Source: Marsupella aquatica
Taxonomy: Eukaryota; Plantae; Marchantiophyta
Assembly (NCBI GenBank): GCA_973895155.1
Contig: OZ316894.1
Coordinates: forward strand, 19,568,805-19,632,804
DNA: 64,000 nt
Direction: 5' to 3'
Program-made: the position numbers and the translations under genes
Shown here: piece by piece, positions 37,863-51,562 of the stretch
Layout: each line of letters begins with the position of its first letter
How positions within the stretch are numbered: position 1 is the first letter of the stretch
Notes under the pieces: model-generated
The model's database searches: none
Seen by the model: the letters and a program-made list of their open reading frames with translations, nothing else
Told to the model about the DNA's origin: nothing

Positions 37863-39462
37863 GGTTTGGAGCTTGGCCTATCCTGCCCTATATATTTTTT
37901 CCAGACACTGACAGCATACTGTCTACTGTTGCCATTACTTAAAGGATGAATGAGCAGACATTGGACACAAGAGACATTGTGTACATATTCTCTCTAGTTT
38001 GTCACATATACTCTAATCCTTGGACACAAACGTGCCTGAAGTTTCATTGTTTGGGCAGAATATTGGCATTATGTTTACTGTTGTCCAAGCTTCTGCCAAA
38101 CTGTTGTTCATTTGTCAAAGCATGATCGAGGCTACAGATTATGGGGTCCTCCATTGTGATATCAAACTAACTAGACAACGCATTGCCTGCTTAATGAATC
38201 CAAGAATGTACAGAAGCTGTGACTTTGGAGAATTTATGAAATCACTCCTACTCTTATGAATTGAAGATTTTAAAGTAGTCTAGGACCAGCTAGCAAGCTA
38301 GTATTCTAGAATTGCATTGTGAATATGCTATGTATATCCATCTGGTCTGTTTTTTGTTGTCTGTACATGGTAACCCCTATACAGGGAAGATGGTCTTCCC
38401 ACTACACCAACATTGGCATGCTTGGATTTTGGGATGGTCTTCCCACTACACACCAATATGCTTGGATTCCACATGGAGCCGAATAGACCATTTCCAGAAA
38501 AAAATGTTTAAGATCAATGGCAGGGTTTGGAGATCAGCAGTTTTACCAGGATTTCAATTGTTCTTCTATGGAGGAAGGTCAAATGACCAATACCCAGGCA
38601 GGTACTTACTCTATCAAGAACTCTATGTTACTTGTCGACCTAGGTTAGAATCTTATTTTCTTCTTACTTTATGTGTTCTGCTGTTTGTGCCAGGTGACTC
38701 AGTCATGAAGCCGCCCCGGTTTCTATAGCTGCGGTTGTCGTCGTTCATGTATTAATAACAGGCATACTGTGAAAAGGTTCGAATTAAATTTTTGCCAACT
38801 GAAGGTTTAGAAGAAAATCTTTTTTTGTGAGTATCATATGGACACAATACTCGATCTGTGGCTAGCTAGTTAGCTATAATTTGTAGAGAATTTAGGAGGA
38901 CTACAAGGCATTTTACAAATCAAGGCTGGTACTTCCTGTACTCACGGTTTGCTGGATGTGTATGGATGATTTAATACAGTTATACCCTCAAACTGAATTA
39001 AAATGCCTAACCACTAACAGCTTATAAACTCTCAAATTAAGTGAGTTAAATTGCCTCTATGTACATTATTTAACAGCTTCAACTTGTCGTGGTCATGAGC
39101 AGATTTGTATTGGAAGGGCTGTGGTGGTCGTTGGTTTCTTATTGGCTCTTAGAGACTACTGCAAGGGACAGGACAATTTTTTACTTTCCCTCGATCACAC
39201 CATTTAGGTAGGGGCTGTTTTCATCTTCACGAAACAACTTAAAGTACCAACAGCAATTATTCGAAAGGCTTTCTTTTTTTCTGAAATTTGGTCATTTCTT
39301 TATTGACATAATCTCAGCTAAGCAGTAACTCTCTTCAATCAATCAAGCATACCTTAAACTATTTACTTTGTATATAGTCTCATAGCTCAGAGGTGTCAAA
39401 GTTATTCCCATGTCTTGGGTTCACTTTACAATGCTGTGCCTTCTTTTTCTTGAATGGATTAG

Positions 39463-40235
39463 CCGAAGAGAACCTGAGGAAGCAGAGGGTACAACTAACG
39501 GGCGGGATGTCTTTAATGAAAGACCTCCTGCCGAGGAGCTTCTGGCCATCGCAGATGTCAGCCAAAGAAGTAGCACTTGTCTTCCAGACAATGTGGTACG
39601 TGGTGTTAGACGATCAGAGCACAGTTTTTTCTGAGTGCAGTAGTAGACAAGTCTTTAAGGCAATTCTGGTCCCTTGATTGTAGTTCATTGCTTTCCTTTG
39701 CATGATGCGTACCTTATTTAAGTTCAACCAAGGAAGACGTTTTGGAGGCTTTAAAGAATATCTTCTTGAAGTTGCCTTTCTTAACATCAGTTGAGAGTAG
39801 AACGTATGACTTCAATGTTGGTTTTCTAGGTCATGCATACAACTGTTTGGGACATTCATATGAGATTATATCTGGAGGAGTGTCCCCGAACAGTAGAAAA
39901 ATTCACAACACATTGCCGCAATGGGTATTATGATAATCTTATCTTCCATCGAGTTATCAAGGGCTTCATGGTACAGACTGGTGATCCTTTAGGAGACGGC
40001 ACTGGTGGACAGTCTATTTGGGGAGGAGAGTTTGAGGATGAGTTCCACAAGAGGTGCAGTTACAGAAACGCCTTCTTTCAACCCGAAGACCTAACCATCT
40101 TTCAATTCTTCTCAAATCATGAATGTTAGAGAATACTTTAAGTTGTTGTTTCAAATTCGAAGGGCCAAAATTAAAGGTTTTGGCATAATAAGGTAATTTG
40201 TTTCTCTCGATCAGCCGTGGCACGATCGACAGTAC
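39463..40235 (+). pseudogene. CYP71: CYP71/PPWD1 (WD40-cyclophilin) gene fragment: exons 39463-39595 and 39830-40053, decayed third exon at ~40215
   Basis: RREPEEAEGTTNGRDVFNERPPAEELL..LPDNV | [74 protein letters not shown]. The next exon (expected LRHDRP..SMAN) degenerates. No WD40 exons recognised upstream. Confidence 0.8.
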
Positions 40236-40699
40236 TGTATGCCTTTCGCATGATAGACAGTACTGTATATCTTTCAATACTTTGTCTCATTTAGAATAAG
40301 AATATGAAGACCAAGACGGAAAGTTGACAAAAGAAGGGTTTTGCAGATCTACAGCGCCAAGGACCGATTGGAATAGCATATGAATTAAACCATCATGGAA
40401 AGCAAGGTATGTTTTTCCATCTTATTTGCTCGACGTCGTTCAATTCAGCCCCTGCCGTAACTGATTATTTGTATAGGTGTGTATACGTGAATCTTCATTG
40501 ATAATAAATCAATGTTGCAAGGAACTGGCGATTTCATTAGGTTGTTCAGACACCCGCAATCGATCTATGTTCAATGTTGATTTCCATGTAGATTTGGGTT
40601 TACTGTAGAAATATTTGATTTGTCAGGTATCTATCGTGCAATCGAACAATGCCTTCATTTACTGGCTGACAGATATTTGAATTGTCGATGAGGCACTAA

Positions 40700-41260
40700 T
40701 TGATGAATATTTCTGTGGACTTTTTAATCTGTTGGGTCTATCCAACTTGTGAGTTACTTCAACCTTGGATGACCAAGTCATTCCGGCATCCACGAACATT
40801 TGTGTGGCATGGATTACATCTATATATAATTTGTCAATCACTATACAGGGGTAGTATGGTGTCGCAACCTGCTTGGCTTTTCTGTGATCCACAGGTTCGG
40901 ACCAAATTTGAGTGAAGCGGCCATGGCTGACTGTAAGCAATATTTGTGTTGACCTTTTGATCTGTTCGGTCATTCCGGCATGGATTAGATCTATATTAAT
41001 AATTTGTGGATCGCTATACAGGGGTAGTATAGTGATGCAACGGCTTTTTCTGTGATACGCAGGTTCGGACCAAAATTGAGTGAAGCAGCCCTCGGCCCTG
41101 GCTGACGTACCGTGAGCAATATTTCTGTTGACCTTTAGATCTGTTCGGTCTTCCTGCATCCACGAACATTTGTATGGCAGGATTATCTAGATCTATCTAT
41201 CGATCGATCTGTTCGGTCTTCGATCTGGCATCCACGAACATTTGTATGGCAGGGATTCGA
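40700..41260. repeat. Degenerate ~180-230-bp tandem repeats
   Basis: AATATTT(C/G)TGT.GAC.TTT..ATCTGTT at ~40707, 40939 and 41118. CTATACAGGGGTAGTAT..CAGGTTCGGACCAAA occurs twice; CATCCACGAACATTTGT occurs three times. Confidence 0.8.
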
Positions 41261-43796
41261 TCTATCGATCGGTCTAGCCCTTCTACTAAGAAGCAGCCTC
41301 AACCGCAGATCTGTGATCAATCTATGGTAAGGATTCCATCTCCATAAGGCTGAGTTCGAGTGGAATTCTTGCTTTTCACTTAATTAAGTCAAGCAGCATT
41401 ATCTTTTCCACTTACGATATCAGGGTGTAATATTTATCTGGACAACTTTTGCACTGAATAGTTTTACACCTGTGTATTTCTATTTTGCACCGGAGCTTGA
41501 TTTTGCACTCAATTTGAGTGCATTGGTACACAGTGGACCTTTGCACTTTAGAAATCATTAACCACCTCGGGCAAAAGCAAAATCTTTTCCTGTGAGTTAA
41601 GTAAATAATGACGAGGGACTCGAGTCAAGATATCTTTGTTTCTGGATGTTTGTAGGTGCAAGTTAAAACGAAGCCTTGTGACTAACGAGCTGGAGAAGAA
41701 CAGAAAATGAAATCATTAATATTTGCGCACTACTCCTTGATTTAGCCCAATCGTTGCAGACAGCGATGCTGATTTGCATTGTACTATCGAGCCTTCTTGT
41801 CATAGACAAACCGTTCAGCAAGTTACTTCAAGCTTCAGGCCAAAAGATTTGACAAATGTTCATGTAATTTTGGTGAAGCGCATGTATACATTTATTTGCT
41901 AGCCTCAAATTTTCGTAGTGTGAAATTTTCATTCCGTGGGATGATCTGTTTTGATGAAGATGTCGAGATTTGGTTACGTTGGGATAATGAACAATTGAGT
42001 AAATAGGCGTATTGTTGTCAGTCCTTTCTGATCTCACGTGTTAAGCATTGTGTAATTATGCAATTCTTTGACTCGATCAGTGGTTGACGACTTTATCTGT
42101 TCCTTCATTGTCTGACTGAAAACTTCAAGGCTCATTTGTGGAGAGACTTTACCTGGGCGACTACATTCAGTCTTTTTCAATTACATTTTCCCGACTAGAT
42201 TGCAATTTCTTTACTAGAAAAAAGGAAAGCAATCCAGCTTTGTTGGGAAAATGAAGGAGAAGTCTTTGATAAGGGCCTTGATCAAATGTGACTTTTCTTC
42301 CCTTCCGTAAATATCCACAGTTAGGTGATGTTCTTGGGTCAAGTGTTGCCCTAGCATACGCTGTAACAATTGCGCATCGCTTATGGCCGCTACTGTTGCA
42401 AAACGCAGTAGAGTAGTACGAACACAAAATCTCCTCGTTTGTAGATATCCTGAGATTGGATTGGAAAAAGGTGTTCACAAATTTTCTGACATTGGATTGG
42501 AAACAATTACCACGTAGCTAGAGATCATCCATGCCTGCCATCGATCGGGCGTGCCATAGGCTCTAACCAGTGAAATGAATTTTGATTCTACTCAGGGGGA
42601 AGTAGATAATTATGGACGGGCGATTTGAAGAATAGCTCTCGATCACTACTAGCTTTGTAGCGACCCTTTCTAAAGTGTTCCAGCCCTAGCCTCCCGAAGA
42701 AGACTTTATTTTGCTGATCGGGCAATGTCCAAATATCTAAGAAATTGCAGACTAAAGATTTAACGATGAAGCAGAAATATTCAATATGACATCTTAATCA
42801 TTCGGTTTTCTTTTGGAACAGACCAGTCCGGAGAGTCGTTGCCACTAAGCATTTTACCGATTCTATTCCACAAATTAATTTGTCTGAGGATGTTCATGCA
42901 GCAGACTATCCCAAGCCAACTTTAGTTTACCAGTGAACGACATCATTTCAGAGTACTCATGGAATGAGCTTTGTATGGCCACAGAATATCTCGATCATGA
43001 CAATTTCGAAGTTTTCTAACTTTTTCAGAGATGAGGTTCATTTCGAAGTTTTGTGATATTTCTCAGATGGCTGTATATTAGGTAAATTAATCAGGTTTCC
43101 AATAAAGCATTTGTGGAATGTAGATCCTCCCTGGCCGGTGACAGATCCCCCGAGTACCTGTACAGTTTTAGGTTGTTCATACTATAGCTACTGTCAAGTC
43201 TGCGCCTAGACTTGGTCAATCTTTCAAGTCCATGACTGTTTTCGTTATGCCGCGGAATGTAGCCTCTCAAAATAAATCATCAACTCTGACTGAATTAGCA
43301 GTTCAAACTGCCACTCGTCTCCCTGGTTCAACCTAATGCACATCAATTGATCAAATCCAAAGCATTCAATAGAGCACAATCATACATTTGATGAGGCCCC
43401 ATTTTTTGAAAATTGTTGAGGGGCAGCCCTTGGTTTAGGGTTTAGTAGGGAATTAAGATATAAGACTCGGTTATTGAAGTTTGGTGAGCCAAGTGTCTCA
43501 AGAAGAGCTAAAACTGTCGCGGGTATTTTATAGTATTCCAACCGATTGGTTCGCTTTATCATTGAGCTCATGGTATACCTGTTTTGAAGTTCGGGCCAAG
43601 CGCGAGTAGAATTTTCCCGCCAATTAGACTCTATCTACATATATGCGGAGGTTCTCAATCTCGTACGTACATATAGGCACCTGCAGAGCACTAAGCTAAC
43701 GAACAATACTGGATGTGTAACTCTTGTCTCACTGGTTCCATCTCTCCAGTCCACATCCCGTTTGGTGAAGTTCATGCAACAGATGGCAATGCTTTC

Positions 43797-44445
43797 GACC
43801 TGTGCCTCAGACCCCAGTGTTAATTTACAAGAGGTCTAAGCTGAGTGAGGCATTGAAGTAGAATCACCGGCTGTTAATCCTCGCAGAGAGGGACCTGCCC
43901 TTGACAGTACCATAGCCCAGACCTAGTGAAGACCCACTGAATGACCACGTCCAAGAATTGAACGAAGCTCGTGAATTGAAAAATTAAGGATCTAATTCCT
44001 AGCTAGTGAACCGACGGACAGCTCTAATGTTGCTAGCTAGATGCGCAAGTAAGTCTCGCAGCTGACTAAGCTGCGATCGAACAATGTAAGTACTAGTAAG
44101 TACTAGACTACTCGAGGGTACATGCAGCATGCAGTGATCTCGATCGAGGGCGTGCAGGAAGTAGTGCCGACATGCTTGCTATTGATGGCAACTCGTGACC
44201 TGTGCCTCAGACTGTACACTAATCCACACACCCCAAAGTTAATTCATAAGGGGTCCAAACTCAGTGAGGCATTGAAGTGGAATGTCCAAGAATTGAACGA
44301 AGCTCATGAATTGAGAAGTGATTCAGTTTCCTATCAGGTGAACCCACGAACAGCTCCAGTGTTGATGATGCTAGCTGGATCGATGCTCAAGTTAGTGTCG
44401 GAGCTGACTAAGCTGCGAACAATGGTAAGTACTACATTACTAGAG
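43797..44445. repeat. Diverged ~400-bp tandem duplication
   Basis: GACCTGTGCCTCAGAC (43797, 44197), AGTGAGGCATTGAAGT, GTCCAAGAATTGAACGAAGCTC and AGCTGACTAAGCTGCGA each occur twice, in the same order. Confidence 0.75.
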
Positions 44446-44802
44446 CATGCAGCGTGCAGCTAGAGATCTCGAGAGCGTGCAGAAAGCAGTGCCGACGTGC
44501 GGGCGACTAACTTGAACACCACAGTACTGTTGTTGATAGAGAGGTAGACAGATTTGAAAGTAGTCCCGCACTGGAGTGGCGCAGCGTGAGGCATGGCTGT
44601 TGTCGACCTCATGTACACACGGCAACAAGAAGTGCTCAATGACTGTGTTGCAAAACTTTTTTAAAATAATCCTGGTCAAGGGTGCGAGAAGATGTTGACT
44701 TAACTCTGCAAAGGTTATTGTAGAGTGTAGAGTGCGAGGAAACAATAAAAAAATTAGGAGGAAACAATAAAAAAAAATTCCTCCCACAAGGTGAAAAAAT
44801 TG

Positions 44803-44959
44803 CATATGACCCCTAAGTTTTCTATATCCAACTGCCTTGCTAACAACAACCTGGTTAATAACATCCATTTTGGGGACTAATCTCATATGACCCCTAAGTT
44901 TTAGATATCCAACTGCCTTGCTAATAAAAACCTGGTTAATAACATCCATTTTGGGGACT
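44803..44959. repeat. 81-bp tandem duplication
   Basis: CATATGACCCCTAAGTTTT..AACATCCATTTTGGGGACT at 44803 and 44884. Confidence 0.9.
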
Positions 44960-46296
44960 CCTCTTTTTGCTAGCAAACTTGCTGGCCATTTGGAATCATA
45001 AAACAACACAACAAATATAAAAGGCAGCAACAAGCAAAACAAATTTAAAACCACTAGTATGTTTGCTACCAGAATTCCTGGTTGCTCGCATTATACAATA
45101 CCTGGACAAAGACCCTCTAAATAATGTGAAAACCTCATGAATGTATGGACCATGTCTTTTAAAGTTACTTGGTCTAAAGCATTTCCAACCAAACTGGGAT
45201 TTGCTTCCTGGGTACTATGTAATTAGTGTCAGCCCCAACCTGACACTTTAATTTCTCGAAAGAGCAGGTATCACCATTTGACAATCGTAGATTGAAATCT
45301 TGAAAACTCGATTACAACAACAAAGGAACTAGTCAACTAGTGCATATTATCTTTCGTATACAAATCCAGTAACCAGAGCAAAGAAGCTTGTTCTTTCAGA
45401 AAACCTGTGAGTTGGACCTGACGTTTTGTATTTTCTGTATTGGGTTTGGTCAGCACCCGGTCCAGTAACTTACAAAACCCCATTCACAAACCAGGCTAGT
45501 GATGGAAATAGATCATTCACAACTTACTAACTAAACAAACAGAGTGATAGATAATATATTTTGTATGACCAAAAAAGTGGCAATGTAACAATCTCAGTTT
45601 TGAATAAACTACCCTGACTTCCAAGGTTTGCTCAGGCTCACTCTTGCCTTTACCACCAGTTCCCTCACCCCTAAACTCTTGCGTCCACCCAAGAGTCATA
45701 TGCTTTACTCGAGACAGAAGGCTCTAGAGTGTACCTTTGGATCATGAACTATCAAATAATTAGGATACTATTAGTGCATAGTAGTTTAGAAAAGGAAGTT
45801 TTCATAGACCAGGTCCTTGTGGTCACAAGAAGGTAAACTAATTATCTTCCCTGGCTCCCTCCTCCCTTGGGCTGGTGTGCAAAATCACTTTTGTCCTCCC
45901 TCAAAACCGTCTCACTTTGTAATGTTCCAAATCTGATGGTAGGCCCATGATCAAAGACTCTTCGGTTGCAAGACGACTGAATAAATATATATGCCTCCCC
46001 AACTACCCAAAGAAATTCTTCAAGCTCCCTCATGTTGTATGCTGTGCCTCCCAGCCCACATGTTGATAGTATATCCTTTAATCCAGCCATGCATATTATT
46101 CTGGATGACCTTATTAGCTAGCTGGTCACACTTCTTTGATCAATCAATCATAACGTTTTGACAAGGTGATTATTTATTGATTCTGATGGACCATCAAAAT
46201 CACATGGACTGCTTGGAAATAATGTGTTTGGTCAGATAATATATTTCCTTGAAAAGAAGCTCGAATAGACCATCCCAACCGAGATGGACAGCTTTC

Positions 46297-46753
46297 TGTT
46301 GAGCATAGACGACGATCGCAACGGCAAGCCCATGAACCATCCAACGCACAATAGTCGACACAAGAGATACGTGGTTCACCTCCTTGAGGCTACGTCCACG
46401 GGAACACACAAGAGAGCTTTACTGAACTCTAAGCCCGTCGGCTATACCGAGTCTCCACAGTGTAAGCTCTCCCTATCTCTCAAGTGGCTCCATAACAATG
46501 AGCCTTGGTTCTACCTCTCCAAGCACACATGCCTCTTATGATATAGTGTGCAACGTAGTTGTACCTAACCACATAGTTGTACCTAATCACGTAATTGTAC
46601 CTAACCACATAGTTGTACCTAATCACGTAGTTGTACCTAACCACATAGTTGTACCTAATCACGTAGTTGTACCTAACCACATAGTTGTACCAACCCACAT
46701 TGTTGTACCAACCACGTCATACCTAACCTAGACGTAAGAGTAAATACCCAACA
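46297..46753 (-). repeat. 3' LTR, containing an 18-bp tandem array at ~46554-46716
   Basis: Identical by eye to 52714-53170; array unit (G/A)TAGTTGTACCTAA(C/T)CAC. Confidence 0.97.
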
Positions 46754-46768
46754 CTCTTCCCCTTGACT
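46754..46768 (-). promoter_or_regulatory. Polypurine tract
   Basis: Minus strand AGTCAAGGGGAAGAG abuts the 3' LTR. Confidence 0.85.
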
Positions 46769-46943
46769 CTGGTCTAGGGGAGAGTAATACTGCCAATGTA
46801 TATGATCCCTCAGCGGGAAGTTCTGGACAAAACCCAAACCGGTTTCCCTCTCTAACTAGAGCAAACCAGAACTAAGCCGTAGCCTAATACATAGGAATGA
46901 GGAAGAGCATATATCAGTAATTACAATGAATGTTAAGAAAACT

Positions 46944-49900
46944 CTACTTGTGATGCAATTGCAAAACCTGCAATACGTCACGGTGTCTAGAGAAACTCTC
47001 CAAAGGAATCACTTTGGTAAATGCGTCAGCCGGGTTGAGTTTACCATCAATCTTGACTAGCTCAAACAAATTATCAGACACAGCCTGCCTGATAAAATGG
47101 TACCTAACGTCAATGTGCTTCACTCTGCTGTCCATCACCTAGTTCACAGCAAGGTGGAGCGCACTTTGACTATCACAGTGGAGCTTCACATTCCCCTGTG
47201 GCAATCCCATTTCAGTGATAAGTCTATCCAACCAAATCGCTTCCTTTGCTGCTTCCGCAGCTGCAACATACTCCGCTTCTGTAGTAGACTGAGCAATACA
47301 CTTCTGCAAAGTAGACCTCCAACTTATGCATCCACCGCCAAGTGTGAACACGTATCCTGTTGTTGATCTCCTTCGGTCCAAATCTTGTCCATAGTCAGAA
47401 TCAACATAGCCAATCAATGATTTAGCATTCTTTGCATTCGCATCAAATAAAAGACCACGATCCACGGTACCCTTCAAGTACCTGATAATCCACTTCACTG
47501 CTTCCCAGTGTACCTTCCCTGGATTCGACATGTACCTGCTCACCTTGCCCATAGCCATGGCAAGATCAGGTCTAGTGCAAGTCATCAAATACATGAGACT
47601 CCCCACTGCCTTGTCATACGGAACCTTTGACATCAACCCCTTCTCTGTGTCATCCGTAGGACAGAACGCTGATGATTACTTGAAGTGTGGAGCCAACGGG
47701 GTACTTACTGGTTTGCTATTCCCCATGTTGAACCTTGCAATTACCTTCCTCGCATAACTGCTCTGCGTCAACCATAGCTTGCCAGCCTCCAAGTCCCTAG
47801 TGATCTCCATACCCAAAATCCTCTTAGCTGGCCCTAAGTCCTTCATCTTAAACTTTGCACTAAGCAGTGCCTTGAGCTTAACAATCTCAGACCTATCCTT
47901 GGCTGCAATTAGCATATCATCCATATAAAGTACTAAAACAATGAACCCAAATACAATATTCTTTACCGATTTCAAATACACACAAGGGTCAAATACACTT
48001 CTGTGAAAACCTTGTGACCGAATCCAATCGTCAAACCGCTTGTTCCACTGTCTTGGTGACTGCTTCAACCCATACAAGGATTTCAGCAATCTGCAAACCA
48101 ATTCCTCCTGTCCTCTCTTCACAAAACCTAGCGGTTGTCTCATGAAGATCACCTCTTCCAATGTGCCATAGAGGAAAGCTGTGACAACATCCATCTGATC
48201 TAGCAGCAGACCAAACATTACAACAAGTACACACAATAGTCGTATTGTAGAGTACTTAGCAACTGGTGAGAAGACCTCATTGTAATCCACACATTTCTCT
48301 TGTGTGAATCCCTTTGCTACCAACCTAGCCTTGTAGACCTTCGATCCACCTCCTATGGAATTATCCTTCAGCTTGTAAATCCACTTGCTGTCCACCACTT
48401 GCTGACCCTTAGGCAGCTTAACAAGCTCCCAAGTTTTGTTGTCCTTTAGTGACTGCATCTCCGTTTGCATTGCTGCAGTCCACTTCTGCTTCTCCTTTGA
48501 AGCACTTGCCTCATGAAATGAAGAAGGTTCCCCTTCTTCCAAAATTAACGCATCACCCTCATCATCAGCTCGGGGGTTTCACTTCCACAAAAATGGCATA
48601 TCACGTGCGACGAAGTATAGGGTCATTTTATTGGTTCAAAGGGAAGACTTAAGAATTTTCTGAGAAGAACAATAGGGTCTTTTAAATCCAATTTTGAGAC
48701 TTATAAGAACATTAGGGTCCTTATAACCAAAATTTTGGAATATTCCAAGAATATTCCAACTTTATAGGGGTTGAAAAAATAAAATTTTTTCTTACATTTT
48801 AGGGGGTCCAAGGCCTAAAAACGTCGCAGGTGATGGGGAGGCATCCGTATAGTGAGACCCCCGAGATCATCAGTTGCAAAATCATTTTCTTGCAGTTGAG
48901 ATGAATCAACCCACTGTCCATACCTTGGTGGAGCACGTACAGTGCGACCAGATGTTCTTCTAGCCGATGACTTCGGTTGATCTGCATGTGCTGGTACAAT
49001 TTGAAGCTCAACAGCATCCACTTGCTGCTCACCAGCATCAACAAACTCCTCTGGTTCCTCTGGCACAGGAACCAGCTCCATAATTGGAGCAACTCCTTCT
49101 CTCCGGTCATGCACCTCATAACCAATCTCCCCCTCAACGAGATCCGGGATAGGAGATTTTCCTTTGTCAGTACGGGAGACCTGAGTATTCTCCCCCTCCT
49201 TCAATAATCTGGATTCATTGAAGGAAACATCCCTACTGACAACGAGCTTACAGGCAATAGGATCCCATAGCCTATAGGCTTTCACACCACTCTGGTACCC
49301 AAGAAAAACACATTTCTTGGAGGTAGGATCCAACTTGGTCCTATTCTGCTTCGGTGTGAGAGCATATGCATCACTTCCAAAAACTACCAAGCCATGATAG
49401 TCTGCTTGCCGCTTATAGCGCATCTCAAACGGCGTTTTGAAATTGATAGCACTAGAAGGAGAAAGATTTACCAAATAAGCTGCGGTATTGATAGCTTCTG
49501 CCCAAAATTCTTGTGGTAAACCTGATTGGCTCAACATACTCTGTGACCGCTCCAACAGTGTCCGATTGAGCCTCTCAGCGACACCATTCTGCTGCGGAGT
49601 ATAAACTGTGGTGAGATGGCGAGTTATCCCCTGTTCTGAACAGTACTCTTCAAATTCCATTGAAGTGTACTCCCCGCCGTTGTCTGACCTCAAACTCTTT
49701 ACCCTTGTATCCAAACACTTGATCGTGTTTCCAGTCTGATTCTCCACTTGGGCCTTCCACTTCTTAAAAATGGACAAGACATCAGACTTATGCGTCATGA
49801 AATAAATCCACACAAATCTTGAGTAATCATCAATAAATGATACATAGTACAACTTTCCAGAGTGTGAGGGAGTCGGGGATGGACCCCACACGTCACTATG

Positions 49901-51562
49901 TATGTACTCAAGAACCGCTTTGGAACGATGAGTTCCAACACCAAAAACACGACGATGCTGCTTTCCAAGAATGCAATGCTCACAAAACTCTAATTTACAA
50001 GATTGCAAATCAGAAATGAGTCCATTCTTCCGTAAGATAGCCAAACCCTTCTCACTCATGTGGCCTAGCCGTGAATGCCACAGTTGAGTCATCTCCTCGT
50101 GAGACTTGGTTACATTGGCCTCTCCACATACAGTATTGCCCTGTAACACATACAAATTCTTTTGTCTACTCCCCTTCAAAATCACTGTCTCTCCCGACCT
50201 GACTTGAAGTTCACCATCAATAACGCTCCATTGATGACCATTTGAATCCAACACACCGAGTGAAATCAGATTCTTACGCATGCCAGGTACATACCTGACT
50301 CCGGACACTGTGCGCACAGCGCCATCAAACATTTGAATCTTCACAGACCCAATTCCCTCAATTTGACAGGAGTGATCATTTCCCATCAGAACTGAACCGT
50401 TTGAAATAGAGTAAGAACTAAAAAACTCACGAATGTAACAAATATGAAAAGAGCAAGCACAATCAAGAATCCACACATCATCTGCTCTCCTAGATGACGT
50501 GCACAGGGCATACCCCCGGCTTCATAAAACATACTCATCATTGAGTAAATCAGCTTCTCCATCAGCCCTAGCCACATTTGCCGATGAAGTTTCCGCTGCC
50601 TTTCCCTTACAGTCTCGCTTGAAGTGTCCAACTTGGTTGCACTTCCAACATGTCACCTGCCTCCTCTGAGGGGATTTACCCTTGGACTTAGATCTGGATT
50701 TAGATCTAAACTGGGTTCTACGGTCCCCAGTTGGTCGCTGCATACCCCTCCCACGGTTAACATTGAGGGCAGCACCAGATGATGAAGGCTGTGATGTGAT
50801 GTGCATCTTCTGCTGAAGATCATCACTAAGCAGAGAACTTACCACGTCATTATATGAAATGGTATCCCTATCACGATGCAACAACACTCGTGATAGGGAC
50901 TGGTAAGATGGAGGCAATGAACTAAGAAGCTGCAGAGCCTTCGTCTCATCATTCAAAGTCTCCCCAAGGTTTTCCAAGTCAACGACCATGTCGTTGAAAG
51001 CATCCACATGGTCTTGCAACTTTGTGTCGGATTCCTTCATCCTGAAACTCATGAGTTTGTAGGAAGTGTAGAGCCGGTTCGACAACTCCTTGCGGTGATA
51101 CTTGCTCTGCAATTCCGCAAATAAGGACATGCAATCCTTATGTGCACCCAACTGCTTGATGATGGGAGGCATGAGATAGAGTGTAACACACCACACTCCC
51201 TGCTCCTGCATGCGGTCCCATTGTTTCTCATCAACATCGTCTTCACGAGTGCTCAGCAGTTGGCCCATCCCTGACGCATAGAGCACTCCCTTCACCTGCT
51301 TCTCCCATAGCAAGTAGTCAGAGCGCCCATCATACTTTGTCACTTCATACTTGGGTCCCCCAAGCTTGAAAGTCCTCATCTTCTTCTTTGGCACTACCGT
51401 GAGCTCCGGTAGTAGTACTGCTTCCTCCACCACACGCCGCACCGGTGATGGTATCGGTGTCACGTGCTCTTCCTCCTGCTCCTCTCTCTGCCCCTGAAAC
51501 CGCCGCGGTGATCCTCGTGCTTCAAGTTCCACGTCTTCGAAAAATTCCTCCGAATCACTCAT
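46944..51562 (-). pseudogene. copia gag-pol polyprotein, disrupted
   Basis: Gag with CWKCNQVGHFKRDC knuckle; protease WILDCACSFH; GAG-pre-integrase WHSRLGH; integrase HSDVWGP, LRSDNGGEY, PQQNGVAER; RT QMDVVTAFL, LYGLKQSPRQW, LYMDDM; RNase H GYVDSDY, TEAEY, NPADAFTK. Frameshift at ~50500, MITE insertion, stops at 47676 and 47139. Confidence 0.93.
48569..48865 (+). mobile_element. MITE (family A), copy 2, inserted in the copia IN-RT linker
   Basis: TIR CTCGGGGGTTTCACT / AGTGAGACCCCCGAG; perfect 8-bp TSD ATCATCAG (48561-48568, 48866-48873). Removal restores the frame ENDFATDD-EGDALILEEGEP. Confidence 0.95.

Noticed and set aside
44440-45054. 204-aa hydrophobic ORF on the minus strand
   Set aside because: Non-ATG start, spans an 81-bp duplication and T-rich sequence; no family motif.
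46480-46731. YNYVVR/VVPNH repeat ORFs (also at 52897-53148)
   Set aside because: Translations of the 18-bp LTR array.
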